Source: Bacteroidota bacterium
Lineage (GTDB): Bacteria > Bacteroidota > Ignavibacteria > Ignavibacteriales > Ignavibacteriaceae
Direction of reading: 5' to 3'
DNA: 30,097 nucleotides
Assembly (NCBI GenBank): GCA_024278655.1
Contig: JAJRSV010000394.1
Location: 1-30,097 of the forward strand
Below are positions 26,775-30,097 of the stretch, one piece after another (the stretch's first letter is position 1; each line of letters begins with the position of its first letter). The position numbers were made by a program, and so were the translations under genes. Below the pieces are notes generated by a model. That model saw only the letters and a program-made list of their open reading frames with translations. It was not told where the DNA came from and did not search any database.

Positions 26775-28100
26775 ATGTTTGAAAATTTATCGTTAAAATT
26801 AGAAACCGCTCTTAAAAAAGTTACCGGTCAGGGAAAGTTAACCGAGAAAAATATCTCTGACACTTTAAGAGAGATAAGACGTGTTCTTTTAGATGCTGAT
26901 GTAAACTACAAGGTAGCAAAAGAGTTTATCGAAAATGTTTCGAAGAAAGCTCTTGGCAAAGAAGTTTTAGCTTCCATATCTCCGGGACAGTTAATCACGA
27001 AAATAATTTATGATGAACTGACCGAACTTTTAGGCGGAGACAGGCAGGAGATAAAACTTAATGCAGCCGGTGTCACATCTATTTTAGTTGTCGGCTTGCA
27101 GGGTTCGGGTAAAACTACTTTTTCTGCAAAGCTTGCGCGGCTGCTTAAATCGCAAAAGCAAAAAGTGTTGCTTGTTGCGGCAGATGTATATCGTCCCGCT
27201 GCAATTGAACAGCTAAAACTTTTAGGCGAACAGATTGATGTTCCGGTTTTTTCGCTAAGTGAACCGGATGCAATTAAGGTTGTAAAAGAAGCACTTGACT
27301 TTGCCAAAGAAAATCGTTTTAATACGGTTATAATTGATACGGCTGGCAGACTTCATGTGGATGAAGAGATGATGAACGAAGTTGCCGCAATAAAAGAACT
27401 TGTGAAACCGACTGAAACGCTGTTTGTAGTCGATTCGATGACGGGGCAGGATGCGGTAAATTCTGCCAAAGCTTTTAACGAGCAGGTTGATTTCGACGGT
27501 ATTGTTCTTACAAAACTTGACGGAGATTCCCGCGGCGGTGCTGCGCTTTCGATACGTGCAGTTGTTGGAAAACCGATTAAATTCAGCAGTTCCGGCGAGA
27601 AGCTTGACTCTCTTGAGGTTTTTTACCCTGACAGATTGGCATCCCGTATTTTAGGAAAAGGTGATGTGGTCTCGCTGGTTGAGAAAGCCCAGGAGAGTTT
27701 CGATGAAGCCGAAGCGGAGAAGTTAGAGGAAAAACTTAAGAAAAATAAATTTGATTTTGATGATTTTCTTAAGCAAATTAAAGTTATTAAGAAAATGGGT
27801 TCTTTGTCATCGCTAATCGGGATGATTCCCGGCATGGGTGCGCAGTTAAAAAATGCACAAATTGATGACAACGCTCTTGTAAAAGTTGAAGCAATTATCA
27901 ACTCGATGACTATTAAAGAGCGAAGAAACCCGAAGGTTCTGAACGGAAGCCGGCGTAAGCGTATTGCTCGCGGAAGCGGTACTTCCATTCAGGATGTAAA
28001 CAGGTTAATAAAACAATTTAATCAAATGAAAAAGATGATGAGCCGTTTCGCAAAAGGCGGAATGAACAAATCATCTTTACGAAACTTAAAATTTAATTGA
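26775..28100 (+). CDS. ffh: Signal recognition particle protein Ffh
   Basis: GLQGSGKTT, DTAGR and TKLD GTPase motifs; Met-rich M domain with SRRKRIARGSG. Confidence 0.99.
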   Translation: MFENLSLKLETALKKVTGQGKLTEKNISDTLREIRRVLLDADVNYKVAKEFIENVSKKALGKEVLASISPGQLITKIIYDELTELLGGDRQEIKLNAAGVTSILVVGLQGSGKTTFSAKLARLLKSQKQKVLLVAADVYRPAAIEQLKLLGEQIDVPVFSLSEPDAIKVVKEALDFAKENRFNTVIIDTAGRLHVDEEMMNEVAAIKELVKPTETLFVVDSMTGQDAVNSAKAFNEQVDFDGIVLTKLDGDSRGGAALSIRAVVGKPIKFSSSGEKLDSLEVFYPDRLASRILGKGDVVSLVEKAQESFDEAEAEKLEEKLKKNKFDFDDFLKQIKVIKKMGSLSSLIGMIPGMGAQLKNAQIDDNALVKVEAIINSMTIKERRNPKVLNGSRRKRIARGSGTSIQDVNRLIKQFNQMKKMMSRFAKGGMNKSSLRNLKFN

Positions 28101-28123
28101 CAATATTCGGAGGTTAAACTAAT

Positions 28124-28648
28124 TTGGCTGTTAAGTTAAGATTAAGACGTATGGGCAAGAAGAAGCAGCCGATTTATAAAATCGTTGCTGCCGATGCAAG
28201 ATCACCACGTGATGGAAGGTTCTTAGAAGCAATTGGATTGTATAATCCTTTAACGAATCCGCATACGATTGATATTAAAGAGGATCGTGCTTTATACTGG
28301 CTTGGTGTTGGTGCACAACCAACTGATACTGTAAAAAGTTTACTGCGTCAGAAAGGCATTACTCTTAAATTCGATCTGATGAAACGCGGATTCGATGATG
28401 AAAAAATAGAAGCTGAGCTGGCTAACTGGCAAAAAGTAAAAGAAGCCAGTGCAGCTCAGAAAGCTAAGAAGCAAAAGAAGTCGAGAAAAGCTAAAGCTAA
28501 GGAACAGGAAGAAGCTGCCAAAGCCGAGGAAGTTTCTGATGAAAGTTCACAGACCGAAAAGGAAGCCGGTGTTGAAGATGGTGCAGCAGAAGTAAAGGGC
28601 GCTGCTTCTGAAGAAAATACAGCCGAGAAAGAAAAGACGGAGGAATAA
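28124..28648 (+). CDS. rpsP: 30S ribosomal protein S16 with a long charged C-terminal extension
   Basis: [37 protein letters not shown]; TTG start with a GGAGG SD. Confidence 0.98.
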   Translation: MAVKLRLRRMGKKKQPIYKIVAADARSPRDGRFLEAIGLYNPLTNPHTIDIKEDRALYWLGVGAQPTDTVKSLLRQKGITLKFDLMKRGFDDEKIEAELANWQKVKEASAAQKAKKQKKSRKAKAKEQEEAAKAEEVSDESSQTEKEAGVEDGAAEVKGAASEENTAEKEKTEE

Positions 28649-28663
28649 GTCTTTTCTTCGGTT
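28621..28663 (+). promoter_or_regulatory. Stem-loop spanning the rpsP stop codon
   Basis: AAGAAAAGAC (28629-28638) pairs with GTCTTTTCTT (28649-28658); the 10-nt loop GGAGGAATAA contains the stop. It extends with AGCCG/CGGTT after a 3-nt bulge. Confidence 0.55.
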
Positions 28664-28712
28664 GAATTTTCGTCTGTACGTAAGTTCATAATTGCTCCCA
28701 GCTCGTAGAAAT

Positions 28713-28727
28713 ATAGGAGGCTCCTAT
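28713..28727 (+). promoter_or_regulatory. Hairpin sequestering the khpA Shine-Dalgarno sequence
   Basis: ATAGGA-GGC-TCCTAT contains AGGAGG and ends 2 nt before the ATG at 28730. Confidence 0.5.
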
Positions 28728-28729
28728 TT

Positions 28730-28963
28730 ATGAAAGAATTCATCGAGTTCATCGCGAAGCACCTTGTCGATAATCCCGATCAGGTGGAGGTAGAAGAGAA
28801 AACTCCGGAGGAGAAAAAAATCGTGCTCTCGCTTAAGGTGCAGTCCGATGATGTCGGAAAAGTCATCGGTAAGCAGGGTAAAACAGCTCAGGCGATGCGT
28901 ACACTTCTTACGGCTATTGCCGCCAAAGAAGGTAAACGCGCAATATTAGAAATATTGGATTAA
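28730..28963 (+). CDS. khpA: KH-domain RNA-binding protein (KhpA/YlqC family)
   Basis: 77 aa; LVDNPDQV...DVGKVIGKQGKTAQAMRTLL with a GxxG loop; located between rpsP and rimM. Confidence 0.93.
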   Translation: MKEFIEFIAKHLVDNPDQVEVEEKTPEEKKIVLSLKVQSDDVGKVIGKQGKTAQAMRTLLTAIAAKEGKRAILEILD

Positions 28964-28981
28964 GGATTAATCTAAAAATAA

Positions 28982-29494
28982 GTGAAGGATTTTTTCCTTA
29001 TAGCAAGAGTTATTTCTCTTTTTGGTAAAGACGGTTATGTTAAGGTAGAATCGTTTTCCGATTTTCCCGAACGGTTCTTTGAGCTGAATGTTGTTTATAT
29101 CGACTTTTGGGGCGAGAAGAAAAAATTTGTTGTTCAAGACGTAAAGCAGCTTAAAAATGCTTTCGCATTGAAGTTTAAAAATTTCGATGACGAAAGATCA
29201 TCCGGGTTGCTTATCGGCAGGGATATTTTTGTTTTAAATGATAACAGTATCCTGTTGGATGAAGATACGTTCTTTGTTCACGATTTGATTGGAAGCAAGG
29301 TTCTGCGGGAAGATGAGTTGCTCGGGGTGATAACCGATGTTATCTCTCCGCCTGCAAACGATGTTTTAATAATTGAAACCGAAAATAAAGATGAATTATT
29401 GATTCCGTTTGTTCTTGATTTTATTGAGTACTTCGACCCCGAAAAGAAAATATTGGTATTGAAAAAGGATGCCGGTTACTATGATGAGGATTGA
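28982..29494 (+). CDS. rimM: 16S rRNA processing protein RimM
   Basis: [22 protein letters not shown] and LIPFV..F; synteny with rpsP and trmD; GTG start. Confidence 0.95.
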   Translation: MKDFFLIARVISLFGKDGYVKVESFSDFPERFFELNVVYIDFWGEKKKFVVQDVKQLKNAFALKFKNFDDERSSGLLIGRDIFVLNDNSILLDEDTFFVHDLIGSKVLREDELLGVITDVISPPANDVLIIETENKDELLIPFVLDFIEYFDPEKKILVLKKDAGYYDED

Positions 29495-30097
29495 TATTAT
29501 AACAGCAGTACCCGACTTGCTTGTGAGTCCGCTCAATACCAGTATTATTAAACGGGCGCAGGATAAGGGCAAGGTCGAGATTAAGATTCATAATCTGCGC
29601 GATTATACGCACGACAAGCACAGGCAGATTGATGATAAACCTTTCGGCGGCGGACCGGGAATGGTTCTTAAACCCGAACCGTTCTTTGAGTGCATCGAAA
29701 GTTTGATGAAGCAGCGTAAATACGATCATATTATTTTTACGACGCCCAAAGGTAAGATATTTAATCAGAAATATGCCAATGTTCTTTCGCTTGCTGAAAA
29801 TATTATAATTATTGCAGGTCATTATAAAGAAATTGATGACCGTGTAAGGCAGCACTTTGCAACCGATGAAATTTCAATCGGCAATTTTGTGTTAACCGGC
29901 GGAGAATTACCGGCACTGATAATTGTTGATGCCGTTATTCGCCTGATACCCGGAGTGCTGAACGATAGCGAAGCTGCATTGGATGATTCGTTTCAGGACG
30001 GTGATGTTGTTGAAGCTCCTTACTATACCAGACCTGCTGAATACAGAGGCATGAAAGTTCCCGATGTACTTCTTTCGGGGAACGATAAGGAAATTAA
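29484..30097 (+). CDS. trmD: tRNA (guanine-N1)-methyltransferase TrmD (3'-truncated; absent from the ORF track)
   Basis: Hand translation from ATG 29484 (or 29481) gives [10 protein letters not shown]...[31 protein letters not shown]...VLTGGELPA...RLIPGVL...YTRP...VPDVLLSGN, open to the window end. Confidence 0.97.
   Translation, partial: MRIDIITAVPDLLVSPLNTSIIKRAQDKGKVEIKIHNLRDYTHDKHRQIDDKPFGGGPGMVLKPEPFFECIESLMKQRKYDHIIFTTPKGKIFNQKYANVLSLAENIIIIAGHYKEIDDRVRQHFATDEISIGNFVLTGGELPALIIVDAVIRLIPGVLNDSEAALDDSFQDGDVVEAPYYTRPAEYRGMKVPDVLLSGNDKEI

Noticed and set aside
106-28752. Other short overlapping or antisense ORFs in the track (e.g. 944-1411, 1911-2285, 3953-4372, 25358-25726, 27623-27988)
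   Set aside because: All are shadows of well-supported + strand genes and have no protein-family motifs.
29421-29855. 144-aa minus-strand ORF
   Set aside because: It is the antisense shadow of trmD, which is clearly encoded on the + strand from 29484.

Overview
This is a bacterial chromosomal window with 27 protein genes, all on the + strand. I found no tRNA, rRNA, IS element or CRISPR array. An FCB-group, Ignavibacteria-like host is inferred, not database-verified. The cues are TIGR04183-style T9SS C-terminal domains, a GWxTD protein, an atp operon without atpD/atpC, khpA in the ffh-rpsP-rimM-trmD cluster and E. coli-type TTGACA promoters. Gene order: 5'-truncated dnaE; FabL-like enoyl-ACP reductase, trxA, serA; a 9.6-kb outer-membrane/secretion locus; a GWxTD protein; LpxL-like acyltransferase, GT9, tsaC, M23 peptidase, bactofilin; atpZ-I-B-E-F-H-A-G; ffh-rpsP-khpA-rimM-trmD (3'-truncated; missed by the ORF track). 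The secretion locus encodes an acidic Asp-box protein with a T9SS CTD, a TonB-dependent receptor, a ~1190-aa secreted protein with a divergent CTD, and a PorV/PorQ-family barrel. It is the best candidate for an undescribed system: a SusD-less TBDT module whose surface partner appears T9SS-exported and may be held by a dedicated PorV-like barrel, with intergenic stem-loops that could set subunit stoichiometry. Several start- or stop-proximal RNA hairpins (atpE, ffh, rpsP, khpA) and unusual TrmD motif substitutions were also noticed.
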